Source: Infirmifilum sp.
GTDB lineage: Archaea > Thermoproteota > Thermoprotei > Thermofilales > Thermofilaceae
Assembly: GCA_041287245.1 (NCBI GenBank)
Contig: JBEULP010000058.1
Location: 1 to 64,000, forward strand
Direction of reading: 5' to 3'
DNA: 64,000 bases
Under the pieces are notes generated by a model that saw only the letters and a list, made by a program, of their open reading frames with translations, was not told the origin of the DNA and did not search any database. Positions 1 to 9,722 of the stretch are shown here, piece by piece. Each line of letters opens with the position of its first letter. The first letter of the stretch is position 1. Position numbers and translations under genes: made by a program.

Positions 1-68
1 AAGCCACAAAAGGGCAAGATTCAGCAGGGATCACCCAGTGGGAAATAGAAAAATACTTCGAAAGATAA
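1..68 (+). CDS. 3' end of a CDS entering the window, possibly glutamine synthetase
   Basis: Frame 3 reads ATKGQDSAGITQWEIEKYFER*, resembling the GlnA C-terminal 'VTxWExxxY' motif; only 21 codons visible. Confidence 0.4.
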   Translation, partial: ATKGQDSAGITQWEIEKYFER

Positions 69-100
69 CCTCTATTTAACCCACTCCTCTAAATCCGGAA

Positions 101-156
101 GTGTGATGCACGTCTAAGTAAGCTCTGAGCCTGATTGCTTAATGCCGAGTGAACAC
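101..156 (+). ncRNA. candidate C/D-box sRNA with degenerate boxes
   Basis: GTGT..ACAC terminal stem, C-like GTGATGC, D' CTGA (125-128), C'-like CTGATTG, D-like GTGA (149-152); TATA-like TATTTAA about 25 nt upstream. Confidence 0.35.
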
Positions 157-448
157 GCGCCCGTACAGAGGATTAGTTCGTCCAACCATTCTCTCACGCA
201 ATAGCAATATGTGCAATAGCAGCGTGGGAGGAATTGAAAAACTTGTATTTGGACTAATATATGCAGGGTTTACCCTGCTGGAAGCCTCGCCATTTATAGC
301 TATGAATGAGTGAAAAAGGCTGTTAGTCTTGGTCTTGTCAGATACGTTAAGAGAGGCTAAGGGCATATCCCTCCGAGCTAAACCGTGATTCGGGACGGAC
401 TCCTTATAGAAAACAATAATAGGTTATGTTTGGGGAGATTAATAGCGG

Positions 449-838
449 TTGATCCTGGCTGTTTCTTTAGCTGAGAAGTTTTTGGAGAAGCTCGAGGCTG
501 ACTCCAGGCTTAGGAAGAGGCTTACAGAGCTTTTAGTATCTGAGCCTGATGTGAGGCTTACACTAATCAAAGCTGTTTTAACAGAAGTTGCCGCAAAGCA
601 GGACATAAGAGAACTTAGGAGCGAGATGTCCCAGCTGAGAGGTGAAGTAAGCAACGAGATAAACGGGCTCAGAAGCGAGATGTCCCAGCTAAGAACAGAG
701 ATAGGCGAGATCAGAAAAGATGTATTTTTGCTCAGGGGCGAGATGGGGAGCTACTTGCAATGGACAATCGGGATAATAATCACAGTATGGGGGGCAACTG
801 TAATACCAATACTACTTAAGCAAATAGGGGCAATATAA
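449..838 (+). CDS. coiled-coil protein with C-terminal transmembrane anchor (DUF1640/CCDC90-like or paREP-like)
   Basis: Heptad-rich region with LRSEMSQLR twice, followed by hydrophobic WTIGIIITVWGATVIPIL. Confidence 0.7.
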   Translation: MILAVSLAEKFLEKLEADSRLRKRLTELLVSEPDVRLTLIKAVLTEVAAKQDIRELRSEMSQLRGEVSNEINGLRSEMSQLRTEIGEIRKDVFLLRGEMGSYLQWTIGIIITVWGATVIPILLKQIGAI

Positions 839-1141
839 CTTTTTTGAGAGAAATAGACGCCCCTACCTCGCATCAAAATGCCTCGCATCCAACTTTTACA
901 TCCGTCATGAAATGCCAGTCTACTCTTGACGACCCGACAAGTCTCGTGTTGTTCTCGTCGACAGAGGTTAGAGGTAGTTTAGCCTCCTTCTGTCCCGGAT
1001 ATGAAAGTACCCACCGCTCTCATGGAGAGGCCGTGGCCGGTTTTATTTAGTCATATGATAGTGCAGGTTATTACACACTCGTGCTTTGTTAAAAACCCTG
1101 GAGCTTGCTTTTAAGCCGCACCAGGCGTAGTTTGGAGAAAG

Positions 1142-2179
1142 CTAACGGCTTAAAAGTTGTTCATACAGCTCTAAGTATTCATTTATAACACGTTCCCAGT
1201 TGAACTCTGTGATAATCTTCAGGTAAGCCCTCTCCACGAGCCCTCTCGGGTAGCTGTAGGTGTAGTCGGTTATAGCCTTTGCCAGCAGTCCAGCATCACC
1301 AGGGTGAATAAGAGCTGCGCAGGAGTCATCTAACACATCGAGTACACCTGGGATCCTTGACGCGAGGATTGGTGTACGAAGAGCCATGGCTTCTAGGAGG
1401 ACAGTCGGCATGCCCTCGACTCTTGATGGAAGAACGAGAAGGTCGCTACCTCTAATGACCTTTAATGCCTCCTCCCTTGGCTTGTAGCCCAGATAGTGAA
1501 AGTTCGACTGCCTTCTCGAGAGGATCCTAGCCTTCTCCTCGAGCTCCTTTACACCTGAGCCTAGAACGACGATGTGTATGCTAGGGTCAACTCTTTTGGC
1601 GGCTTCGAGGAGAATGTCGAAGCCTTTCTCACGGCTAAGCCTGCCGACGTACACAACCTGTTTATCGTAGAGGCGAAGGCTTTCCTGGGGCATTTCTCTA
1701 AGATCAACAGCATTAGGTATATAGTATGCCTCAACTCCTAGGCTCTTATAATGTTCACATGTGCTTCTTGATACACAGGTAAGAGCGTCAACGCTTTTTA
1801 TAGCTTTCTCCTCAACCCAGGAACCCAACCTGCCAAAAATTCGCCCATGTAAGAGCTCTATCTGTTGAGAGTAGATTCCGTGCTGCGTTATGATTTTAGC
1901 TTGTGAAGAAGAAGCCTGAACAGCAGGCCAGGACGGCACATTGTGCCCGTGAGCCACGTCGAAGCCCTGGCCTCTCAGTCTTTTGTAAAATGATCTGAAT
2001 AGAGCTGAGAGGGCAAAGCTCGGGTTATATAAGCCTTTGACAGGAATGTGCACCGTGTCCTCAACTGACATTGTTTCGACTTCTACCCCTCGACCCCTAA
2101 GCTCCGCTACTAGCTTTGAGACGTGCTGCGCCACGCCTCCAATGCCAGATAGACGTGGAGAGACCATGAGCACCTTCAT
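1142..2179 (-). CDS. glycosyltransferase family 4
   Basis: GGVAQH N-terminus, YVGRLSREKG, EGMPTVLLEAMA (EX7E). Confidence 0.93.
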   Translation of the reverse strand: MKVLMVSPRLSGIGGVAQHVSKLVAELRGRGVEVETMSVEDTVHIPVKGLYNPSFALSALFRSFYKRLRGQGFDVAHGHNVPSWPAVQASSSQAKIITQHGIYSQQIELLHGRIFGRLGSWVEEKAIKSVDALTCVSRSTCEHYKSLGVEAYYIPNAVDLREMPQESLRLYDKQVVYVGRLSREKGFDILLEAAKRVDPSIHIVVLGSGVKELEEKARILSRRQSNFHYLGYKPREEALKVIRGSDLLVLPSRVEGMPTVLLEAMALRTPILASRIPGVLDVLDDSCAALIHPGDAGLLAKAITDYTYSYPRGLVERAYLKIITEFNWERVINEYLELYEQLLSR

Positions 2180-2230
2180 TATTCACTCCCTCTAGTTGCG
2201 AATTAACAGATACATCTATTAATCTTTGGA

Positions 2231-3079
2231 CTATCCTAGTCGGTCCAGGAAAACGGCTAAATACATACCGATATTTTGCCAGTAATAAAGGAGTAGACCC
2301 CGCCACCCGAATAACTTCCTTAAAACGTACTTGCGACAGGTGTTCTTATGTTTGTCCAGAGCTATGTTGTAGCTTGGCTTTGGTGATTGTTTATGAACGC
2401 ATTTGGCAGATGGAGTTATGTAAAGGCCGCCTTGGTAAGCCTTATATATGGTATATGAGAGAAGGAGATCTTCCATGTAGGAGTAATCGCCAAGATTCTC
2501 GTCGAATCGAAAGTTTAGAAATACTTCGCGCTTGTATGCCACGTTAGACCCGCTTAACCACTGACAAGGTATCACCCTTGTGAGAGGCACAGGGTATTCA
2601 CCAAGTCCACACTTATTGGGGATATGTCGGTAGCCGTAACGGAAAATACGCCGAAAAATGTTTTTCATTCGAAGGAGCCTATCCCGCTGGGCGCTCTCAG
2701 CCACGTTAACCATGTAACCGGATACACCCACCGCGTCCGGTTTCTCTTTAAAGACACGTAGGATTTCTTCGACATAGTTAGGTAAAAGAATCACGTCGGA
2801 ATCAAGAAAAAGGAGTATATCCCCCGTAGCGAATTCCGCCCCGACATTTCTCGCAGTAGCGGCGGATCTGTTTTTTGGATTTCTAAGGTATAGCAACTTT
2901 ATTCCTTTCGCGAGGAAATCAGACTTTCGACCCTCACAAAGCAGTTTCACCTCATCTGATGGCGTATCGTCAACCAAAATTACTTCTACAGGTAGTATTG
3001 TTTGATTGAGAATACTATCAAAAAGCTCGGCAAGATCCTTAATTCTGTTAAAAGTCGGCACCACGATTGAGACTTTCAT
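2231..3079 (-). CDS. glycosyltransferase family 2
   Basis: VSIVVPTFNR, ILVDD, ARNVG, FLDSD (DxD), MED. Confidence 0.92.
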   Translation of the reverse strand: MKVSIVVPTFNRIKDLAELFDSILNQTILPVEVILVDDTPSDEVKLLCEGRKSDFLAKGIKLLYLRNPKNRSAATARNVGAEFATGDILLFLDSDVILLPNYVEEILRVFKEKPDAVGVSGYMVNVAESAQRDRLLRMKNIFRRIFRYGYRHIPNKCGLGEYPVPLTRVIPCQWLSGSNVAYKREVFLNFRFDENLGDYSYMEDLLLSYTIYKAYQGGLYITPSAKCVHKQSPKPSYNIALDKHKNTCRKYVLRKLFGWRGLLLYYWQNIGMYLAVFLDRLG

Positions 3080-4149
3080 CCCTTATACACCTTAGCGTAG
3101 AGCTTCGCGTATTTCAGCGCAGCTTCGCTCCATTTAAACCTAGTTGCCCTAGCCAAGCTGGCAGCTGAGAGCTTCTCGTAGAGCGTAGGGTCTTGCAACA
3201 CAGCTTCTAGTTTGTCGACCAGATCTTCCTCGCTACCGGCTTCAAAGGCAAGTGCAGCATTACCAGCCACTTCAAAAGCCCCTCCGGATCTGGGAACAAT
3301 AACCGGCAACGCAGATCCCATGGCTTCTAGCACAGACATTCCGAAAGGTTCACGTGAACAAGTATGGATGTAGATCGTTGCAGCTTTATAGAGGAGAGGT
3401 AGGGCTTTGAAGGGAAGTCGTCTTACAAAATGTACTTGGATGTATTGAAACTTTCGGGCAAAGGATTTGACCTGAGGTGCTAGAGGACCTTCGCCTCGTA
3501 CCAGAACTTTCAAACCCGGAGGTTTATCGAGTTTTTGAAGCGCTCTGAAAAAGAGGAGGGGTTCCTTAAAGAGGTTCAGGCGTGATACTAAAAGGAGCTT
3601 ATGCATGAAGGGATAATCACGCGTTTGAGTTGACAGAAAGGCCGGTAGCAGCCCATGATATATCACATCGACAACTCGGATGCCGTAAAGGGTACGCAGC
3701 TTCTCGGCTGTATAGTTGCTTATAGCTACGACCGGTACACCTGAATCCCTTATAATTTCAAAGCCTTTAATTTCTCGTAGGTGGCCTTCAAGCTCCTCAG
3801 GATCCAATCCAGGAAATGGAAATCCATGAGATGTCACGAGAATGTTATCCATAGAGCTTAGGGCGACAGCTTCAAATGCATAATTCAGGTGTAACACGTT
3901 AAAGAGATTATTGGCGGCTCTCAGCAAGATCATCCTAGACACGCCTCTTACCTTTGGAGGAAATATATAGTTCGGAAGAACCTTAACATCTACATGCATC
4001 GGTTTGTAAGCCAGTACTGTTAACTCAAAGAGTTTAGCAAGCTCTCGCGTTAGACCAACTGTGTAGTGTTCTATGTGTGAAGTGAAGAGAACGCGAGCTG
4101 ATTTTTTCATTTCCTCAGCTGAGACCATTCTCATTCCTCGCTCATGCAA
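3076..4149 (-). CDS. glycosyltransferase family 4
   Basis: EPFGMSVLEAMG (EX7E) GT-B signature; start codon uncertain. Confidence 0.9.
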   Translation of the reverse strand: MHERGMRMVSAEEMKKSARVLFTSHIEHYTVGLTRELAKLFELTVLAYKPMHVDVKVLPNYIFPPKVRGVSRMILLRAANNLFNVLHLNYAFEAVALSSMDNILVTSHGFPFPGLDPEELEGHLREIKGFEIIRDSGVPVVAISNYTAEKLRTLYGIRVVDVIYHGLLPAFLSTQTRDYPFMHKLLLVSRLNLFKEPLLFFRALQKLDKPPGLKVLVRGEGPLAPQVKSFARKFQYIQVHFVRRLPFKALPLLYKAATIYIHTCSREPFGMSVLEAMGSALPVIVPRSGGAFEVAGNAALAFEAGSEEDLVDKLEAVLQDPTLYEKLSAASLARATRFKWSEAALKYAKLYAKVYKG

Positions 4150-4219
4150 ATAATTGATTGATGACTAACCCTTCAAAAGCTATGTTTACCTACTTCTTAT
4201 TTTTTAGCCCACTAACAAC

Positions 4220-5305
4220 TTAGAGTCTGTTAGAGGTAGAGAGAGGTTTAAAAATTGGAAGCCCTTTCAAATGAGATCTAAAATCGTTGACTATAATGTA
4301 GAAGAGCATAAGAGACGTGAGAGGTAAACCTAGGAGAAAACTAGCTATAAAAACCTTAAGACCCTTTCCAAACCCCCTCTTTATAACTTGATAGATCAAA
4401 TAGCCCAGAATGTAACTGATTGGAAGGATAATAGCATAGGATAATTTTGCCACCACTCCATACAGCAAAAATGCAAGCATAGGCAGATATCCGAGATAAA
4501 AGCCGAATCTTTTGTATCTCAAGATATACCTAATGAAAGTTGAAATCGAAGGATTCAAGCTAAGTGTGAGAGCCTTTGCCCGAGCCTTCTTTCTAAGTCC
4601 TCTTAACAGTTCACTTATAGGCTTGTCTGTAAAAACATCGCCTTTACTGTCTCCGGCTCGATTCACATCCAAAGCTATAACTCCTTTATGAACAAAAAGC
4701 TTGTACCCTAGCTTTAATGCTCTTACACTGAAGTCAGCGTCCTCATACACCGTGAGATCAGGGTCAAAACCGACCTTCTCAGCTACCCTACGAGAGACTA
4801 AGGTGGCTCCCATACACACCCCGGCTACCTGAGTGAGTTCCCCTCCTATGGCTTGAGCCTGGGCTTCCTCCAAAAGCCTCCACGCCTCTCCTGGGTATTT
4901 TACATAGACTGTGAGCACATTCGCTGATACAACGTCGGCGTGCACTCTTTCCGCAGCATCGACTAGTTCACTAAGAGCGCGCGATCCCATTATTACATCG
5001 CTATCCCAAAAGAAGAGATAACTTCCCTTCATCTTTGATATACAGATGTTACGTGCCTCTGGAATAGTGCTAGGCTTTACTATGATCCCAAAGCTTGCAA
5101 CACTCGATCCCTCAAGCATTTTAGTGCAGATCTCAACCGTATTGTCAGTACTTCCACCGTCTACTATTATTACGTGAATCTTGTCCGAAGGGTAATCCTG
5201 TGTAAGTAGTGAACGAATAGCTTCACCAATAATCCACTCCCTATTCAACACTACAATTCCAACCGTGACTTCCGGTTTCATATGATCATGTGACATACCC
5301 TTCAC
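4220..5305 (-). CDS. glycosyltransferase family 2 with C-terminal membrane segments
   Basis: IIVDGGSTDNT, ARN, FWDSD, YED; hydrophobic C-terminus. Confidence 0.9.
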   Translation of the reverse strand: MKGMSHDHMKPEVTVGIVVLNREWIIGEAIRSLLTQDYPSDKIHVIIVDGGSTDNTVEICTKMLEGSSVASFGIIVKPSTIPEARNICISKMKGSYLFFWDSDVIMGSRALSELVDAAERVHADVVSANVLTVYVKYPGEAWRLLEEAQAQAIGGELTQVAGVCMGATLVSRRVAEKVGFDPDLTVYEDADFSVRALKLGYKLFVHKGVIALDVNRAGDSKGDVFTDKPISELLRGLRKKARAKALTLSLNPSISTFIRYILRYKRFGFYLGYLPMLAFLLYGVVAKLSYAIILPISYILGYLIYQVIKRGFGKGLKVFIASFLLGLPLTSLMLFYIIVNDFRSHLKGLPIFKPLSTSNRL

Positions 5306-5511
5306 ATCGGCTCTTGGCTCACATTTCCACCATATCTTTTTGAAATAGTTTAAATTTATTCCACTAAATCCTAAGAAATTTCAGGGAAAACTGTAATGAG
5401 AATAAAGGCTAGGCTAATTTGCCTTAGAGTAGTGTTAGCAGACTGCTAACTTAAGCAGCTTTCGGAATACACAGTTAAAAATTTTGAGTGAGTAAAGGAT
5501 AATATGCGCTT

Positions 5512-6810
5512 TTGCTTCTTTTCGCTGTGCCTGCCGGTGATATCTGGGGGCGTGCTGCCGGTCTAGCCATCATCGGTGTGGTTGTTGCAGGGCTCGTTCT
5601 GCGGAGTAAGAGACCTCAGGTGCCTGTTTGGAGTATTATGGCTTTTGCGTCTTTCCTGGCTGTGATTTCTGGCCTTGTCGGAGTGGATGAGGTTGGTAGC
5701 GTCGTTGAGCTAGATGTTATCCTTTTTCTCGTTGGGATGTTTAGCCTTGTTGCCCTTGCGGAGGAATCGGGGTTGCTGGATGCCCTGTCATACGCAGTTG
5801 TGTCTAGGGTACATAGCACGCTATGGCTTTATGTTCTATCAAGCTTTCTCTTTGGGTTGCTAGCCGCAATTACCGTCAATGATACTGTGGCCCTTGTGGG
5901 CCCTCCCATCGCTTACGTGGCTTCTCGTGCTTCAGGGGTAAAACCCGAGGCTTTCTTCCTCTTACTTGCCTTCTCGCTAACAATAGGGTCTGTCATGACC
6001 CCAATAGGCAATCCGCAGAACATGCTTATCGCGTCAGGATCTGGGGTTCAAGCCCCCTTTATTCTCTTCCTTTACAAACTGGCGTTACCCACCCTTGTCA
6101 ACCTTGCCGTTACGCCTCTCATTCTGGCAAGAGTTTTCAGGATTAGGAATGCAAGGGTAGAGGTGGTTCTCATCCCGGAGGAAGCCATTCAGAATAGAAG
6201 AGACGCACTGCTAGCTGGCGTCGGGATTACAGCAACGATCTTCGCACTGGTAGCGAACGACCTGTTTGAGCTTCTCGGCTTGCCCCACATGAGGAATAGG
6301 GGTTTTATCCCGTTTATCGTTGCCGCAGGACTATACCTGTTCGCAAGCGAGCCTAGGAAGGTTCTGAGCCGGGTTGACTGGGGCACGGTGGTCTTCTTTA
6401 TCTCCATGTTCATCGCGATGTCAGGTGTGTGGCGGAGCGGCGTTCTAGAGCCTCTTTTGCAGACGTTGTTGCCGGCACATATCGGTGGATGGTTGGGCTT
6501 GCTCCGCGTGACGACCGCCTCAATCGTGCTGAGCCAGTTCCTGAGCAATGTACCTGCGACGGGCATCCTTATAACGCAAGCTAAGATGTTGGGCTATACC
6601 GGGGCTGACACTGCCTTCTGGCTCGCCATGGCAGCTGCGACGACTGTTGCGGGTAACCTGACACTGCTTGGCGCCGCCTCAAACATCATTGTCCTAGAGT
6701 CGCTCGAGTCTAGGTATGGTTACACGATTTCCTTCACCAGATTCCTACGCGTAGGGGTCCTCGTCACGACCGTCAACACGCTGGTGTACCTCGTGTTCAT
6801 ATTGGTGTAG
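5512..6810 (+). CDS. ArsB/NhaD/SLC13-type anion permease
   Basis: Polytopic membrane protein with TPIGNPQN, SNVPA and GNLTLLGAASN motifs. Confidence 0.88.
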   Translation: MLLFAVPAGDIWGRAAGLAIIGVVVAGLVLRSKRPQVPVWSIMAFASFLAVISGLVGVDEVGSVVELDVILFLVGMFSLVALAEESGLLDALSYAVVSRVHSTLWLYVLSSFLFGLLAAITVNDTVALVGPPIAYVASRASGVKPEAFFLLLAFSLTIGSVMTPIGNPQNMLIASGSGVQAPFILFLYKLALPTLVNLAVTPLILARVFRIRNARVEVVLIPEEAIQNRRDALLAGVGITATIFALVANDLFELLGLPHMRNRGFIPFIVAAGLYLFASEPRKVLSRVDWGTVVFFISMFIAMSGVWRSGVLEPLLQTLLPAHIGGWLGLLRVTTASIVLSQFLSNVPATGILITQAKMLGYTGADTAFWLAMAAATTVAGNLTLLGAASNIIVLESLESRYGYTISFTRFLRVGVLVTTVNTLVYLVFILV

Positions 6811-6925
6811 CCCGGCGCGTGGGAACGGCTATGAGTGTTGACCAGGCTTGGCATCCGTAGAGCTTTGAGCCGTCCTGCACCTCTATATCGTCTAGGTTTA
6901 TATCTTCCTCGTCCTATTCTTCCAT

Positions 6926-8266
6926 GTGGAGCTGTTTTGGGACAAGGGTACTGTGCTGATAGATGGAGAGCTACCGCAGAGCCCGCCCGACTTCGTCAAG
7001 TATGATTCGAGGGTTGGCAAGTACAGGTGTCTCGCAATATATTATCCCCACCTCCTGGAGTTTCTCTCAAGAATTGGCGTGAAGTTCGAAGACCGTGTTT
7101 TGCAGCTGGCTTGTAAAAGAGTAGAGGCTAGGAATGAGCCTGAGCTTAGACCTTACCAGCGTGAGGCGCTTAGCCTGTGGCTTGAGAGGAGGAGAGGTGT
7201 CGTGGTCATGCCCACTGGTGCTGGGAAGACATTTGTCGCTGTAGAAGCCATAGCCAGGCTGGGGGTTCCAGCTATGATCGTTGTGCCCACGGTAGAGCTT
7301 GTGGAGCAATGGCACAGGCGACTTAGCCACTACTTCCCAGAGTTGGTAGGGGTTTGGTATGGAGAGGAGAAGAGGGGGAACTGTATCCTCGTGACGACCT
7401 ATGACTCGGCATACCTCTCAATCGAGTACCTGGGTCCTGGCTACCCGCTTCTTGTATTCGACGAGGTACATCACCTTCCGTCGGAGTCATACAGACAGAT
7501 AGCTGAGCTATCCCCCGCTCCCTACCGGCTGGGGTTAACGGCGACGCCTGAGCGCTCGGACGGGCTTCACGTCCTACTTGACGAGCTTGTGGGGCCTGTG
7601 GTTTACAGGATGAGTGTTTCTGAGGCTGCGGGGAGATACCTGGCGGAGTACGAGGTTGAGGTAGTGAGGGTCTCTTTAAGCCCTGAGGAGGAGCTGGAGT
7701 ACAGGAGGCTTGAGAAGGAGTATCTTAGCTTTATTAGAAAGAGAAGGCTCAAGTTTAGGCGCCCGTCGGATTTCCGTAAACTTGTCCTCCTCAGCGGACG
7801 TGACCCCACTGCCAGGAAGGCACTTGAGGCTTGGTTGAGGATGCGGGAGATTCTCTTCAACTCTGAGAGCAAAGTTGAGGTTGTAGCCGACATCCTGTCG
7901 AGACATATGAATGATAAGATACTGATTTTCACGGAGTACAAGTCCCTCGCCAGGGCTGTCTCCGAGAGATATCTCATCCCCATAATAACCCACGAGACTA
8001 ATACCCAGGAGAGGAGAACAATAATGGACGGGTTCAGAGAAGGTGTTTTCAAGGCTCTGGTGACCGGTAAGGTGCTGGACGAGGGGCTGGATGTCCCTGA
8101 TGTAAACGTTGTCGTAATACTCGGCGGTACCTCCTCGAAGAGGCAGTATGTGCAACGTGTGGGGCGTGCCCTTAGGCTCAAGCCGGGAAGGGCGAAGATA
8201 TACGAGGTGGTGACTGTGAGGACAAGGGAGGTTACATATTCGAGGAGGAGGCGAGGGGGGCTCTAG
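6926..8266 (+). CDS. xpb: XPB/Rad25-family SF2 helicase
   Basis: LRPYQ, MPTGAGKT, DEVHH, LTATPER, LDEGLDVP, QRVGR; coupled to a DUF790 gene. Confidence 0.9.
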   Translation: MELFWDKGTVLIDGELPQSPPDFVKYDSRVGKYRCLAIYYPHLLEFLSRIGVKFEDRVLQLACKRVEARNEPELRPYQREALSLWLERRRGVVVMPTGAGKTFVAVEAIARLGVPAMIVVPTVELVEQWHRRLSHYFPELVGVWYGEEKRGNCILVTTYDSAYLSIEYLGPGYPLLVFDEVHHLPSESYRQIAELSPAPYRLGLTATPERSDGLHVLLDELVGPVVYRMSVSEAAGRYLAEYEVEVVRVSLSPEEELEYRRLEKEYLSFIRKRRLKFRRPSDFRKLVLLSGRDPTARKALEAWLRMREILFNSESKVEVVADILSRHMNDKILIFTEYKSLARAVSERYLIPIITHETNTQERRTIMDGFREGVFKALVTGKVLDEGLDVPDVNVVVILGGTSSKRQYVQRVGRALRLKPGRAKIYEVVTVRTREVTYSRRRRGGL

Positions 8267-9402
8267 TGCTGCCTCTCGAGCTACTAAGAGTTTCGAGAAG
8301 AGGGGATTCTGTAAGGCCAGCATACCTGGATGACTTGCGTGCGGCTGAATATATCATCGATGCCTATAAACCCGGGTTGAGGCTTAGGGATGCACGAGAG
8401 AGGGTTAGGGAGGCCCCGTTCGACGCTAAGCTGGCTAGGGGACTTGCACACGTCCTCGAGAGGAGCCTCTCGCTGGAGGAGGTTGACAAGAGGCTTGTAA
8501 CGAGAGTAAGGGTAGAGGTTTTCAAGCATGCCTCAGCCCAGTTTCCCGTCGTCGATCCTGCGGATAGAGCCCTTGTCTTTGAAGCAGTAGCCGGGAAGCT
8601 TGGCTTAACGCCGGGTGAGGTTGAAAGGCTATTCTCGAAAGGGTTTGAAGATGAGCTGGAGATAGCCGACCTTCCGCCCCTTACACCTGGAGAGCTTGCT
8701 GCAAAGTATAACACCGCGCTCCTGCAAACTCTACTGTTCAGATGCTCGGAGCTTAAGGTAGAGATGAGGGGTTCGGGGGCTAGGGTGAAGGGAGCGTTAA
8801 GAACTCTGAAGGGTTACGGACTTATGTATACGGCTGAGGATGCCGGGGGTTATGTTAGGCTTATAGTGGACGGCCCTGTGTCGATCTTTAAGCAGACGGA
8901 GAGGTATGGTACTAGACTTGCTAAGTTCGTTCCTCTTATCTTCGGATTCGAGGACTGGCGTCTTGAGGCTAGGGTGAGGCTTCACGGGAAGACTTACACT
9001 TTCATCGAGGAGAAGAATGGAGCACCGTCATTAGCTGCGGGTGAAGTCTCATCCGAGGAATTCGACAGCCTTGTTGAAAAGGAGTTTTACAGGCAGCTCT
9101 CCCAGCTCTGTAGGGTTGAGAGAGAGCCCGAGGCACTGGTTGTTGACGGTAAGGTCTTTATCCCCGACTTCAGGGTGGGGGACTTATACATAGAGGTCGT
9201 AGGCTTCTGGACGCCCGAATACCTGCATAGAAAATATGATAAGCTGATGAAACTCGGGGTTCCGATTCTAGTACTCGTCGACGAGAAGCTGGCTGTCTCA
9301 AGCTGGAAGAGCCTTCCACATTACGTTGTTACGTACAGGGAGAGGCCGAGGATAGGCGACGTGTACAGGTTCATACGCCCCTTCTGCCATAACAGTAATT
9401 AG
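8266..9402 (+). CDS. bax1: Bax1 (DUF790) endonuclease
   Basis: YNxxLLQTLLF, ERYGxRLAK, PDF..IEVVGFWTPEYL; overlaps xpb stop. Confidence 0.88.
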   Translation: MLPLELLRVSRRGDSVRPAYLDDLRAAEYIIDAYKPGLRLRDARERVREAPFDAKLARGLAHVLERSLSLEEVDKRLVTRVRVEVFKHASAQFPVVDPADRALVFEAVAGKLGLTPGEVERLFSKGFEDELEIADLPPLTPGELAAKYNTALLQTLLFRCSELKVEMRGSGARVKGALRTLKGYGLMYTAEDAGGYVRLIVDGPVSIFKQTERYGTRLAKFVPLIFGFEDWRLEARVRLHGKTYTFIEEKNGAPSLAAGEVSSEEFDSLVEKEFYRQLSQLCRVEREPEALVVDGKVFIPDFRVGDLYIEVVGFWTPEYLHRKYDKLMKLGVPILVLVDEKLAVSSWKSLPHYVVTYRERPRIGDVYRFIRPFCHNSN

Positions 9403-9474
9403 GGTTGATTGTTTCTATAAATCTGGAATCGAAGAGGGATGTTAGGATCTCGTATAAATTTCAATGCTGAGGTT

Positions 9475-9660
9475 TTACTCTTTTTGTTCTGATTCCTCTA
9501 GGATGTTGCTTAGGGCTTCTCCTGCTTCCTCGAGATAGTAAAGGGTGTCTTCGAGGAGTGCAGCTATTTTTTTGTCTTCGCGCGCCGCCTCGCGTAGGAG
9601 GCTTATAGCATCGTCAATATTATCCAGTGCTACCCTAATCTTCTCTCTAACGTTTTTCAT
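9475..9660 (-). CDS. small helical acidic hypothetical protein
   Basis: ATG at 9660 gives MKNVREKIRVALDNIDDAISLL..., amphipathic; the longer ORF start overlaps the next gene. Confidence 0.6.
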   Translation of the reverse strand: MKNVREKIRVALDNIDDAISLLREAAREDKKIAALLEDTLYYLEEAGEALSNILEESEQKE

Positions 9661-9722
9661 AATTCTTAAGGGGGTTGGGCAGGTATAACATGTTTTCGCC
9701 CTAAGTAGCAATAGACTTATCC

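Noticed and set aside
139..440. 75-aa minus ORF and a possible + strand membrane-protein remnant
   Set aside because: No recognisable motif and interrupted by stops; too weak to call
844..1050. 68-aa ORF and the short CCTCGCATC duplication
   Set aside because: TTG start, no motif, and the repeat is too short to be meaningful
7067..8985. Long antisense ORFs inside xpb and bax1, and similar shadow ORFs across the window
   Set aside because: Ser/Pro/Leu-rich mirrors of strongly supported opposite-strand genes
6926..9402. Helicase-nuclease pair as a novel defence system
   Set aside because: Matches the known archaeal XPB-Bax1 DNA-repair pair
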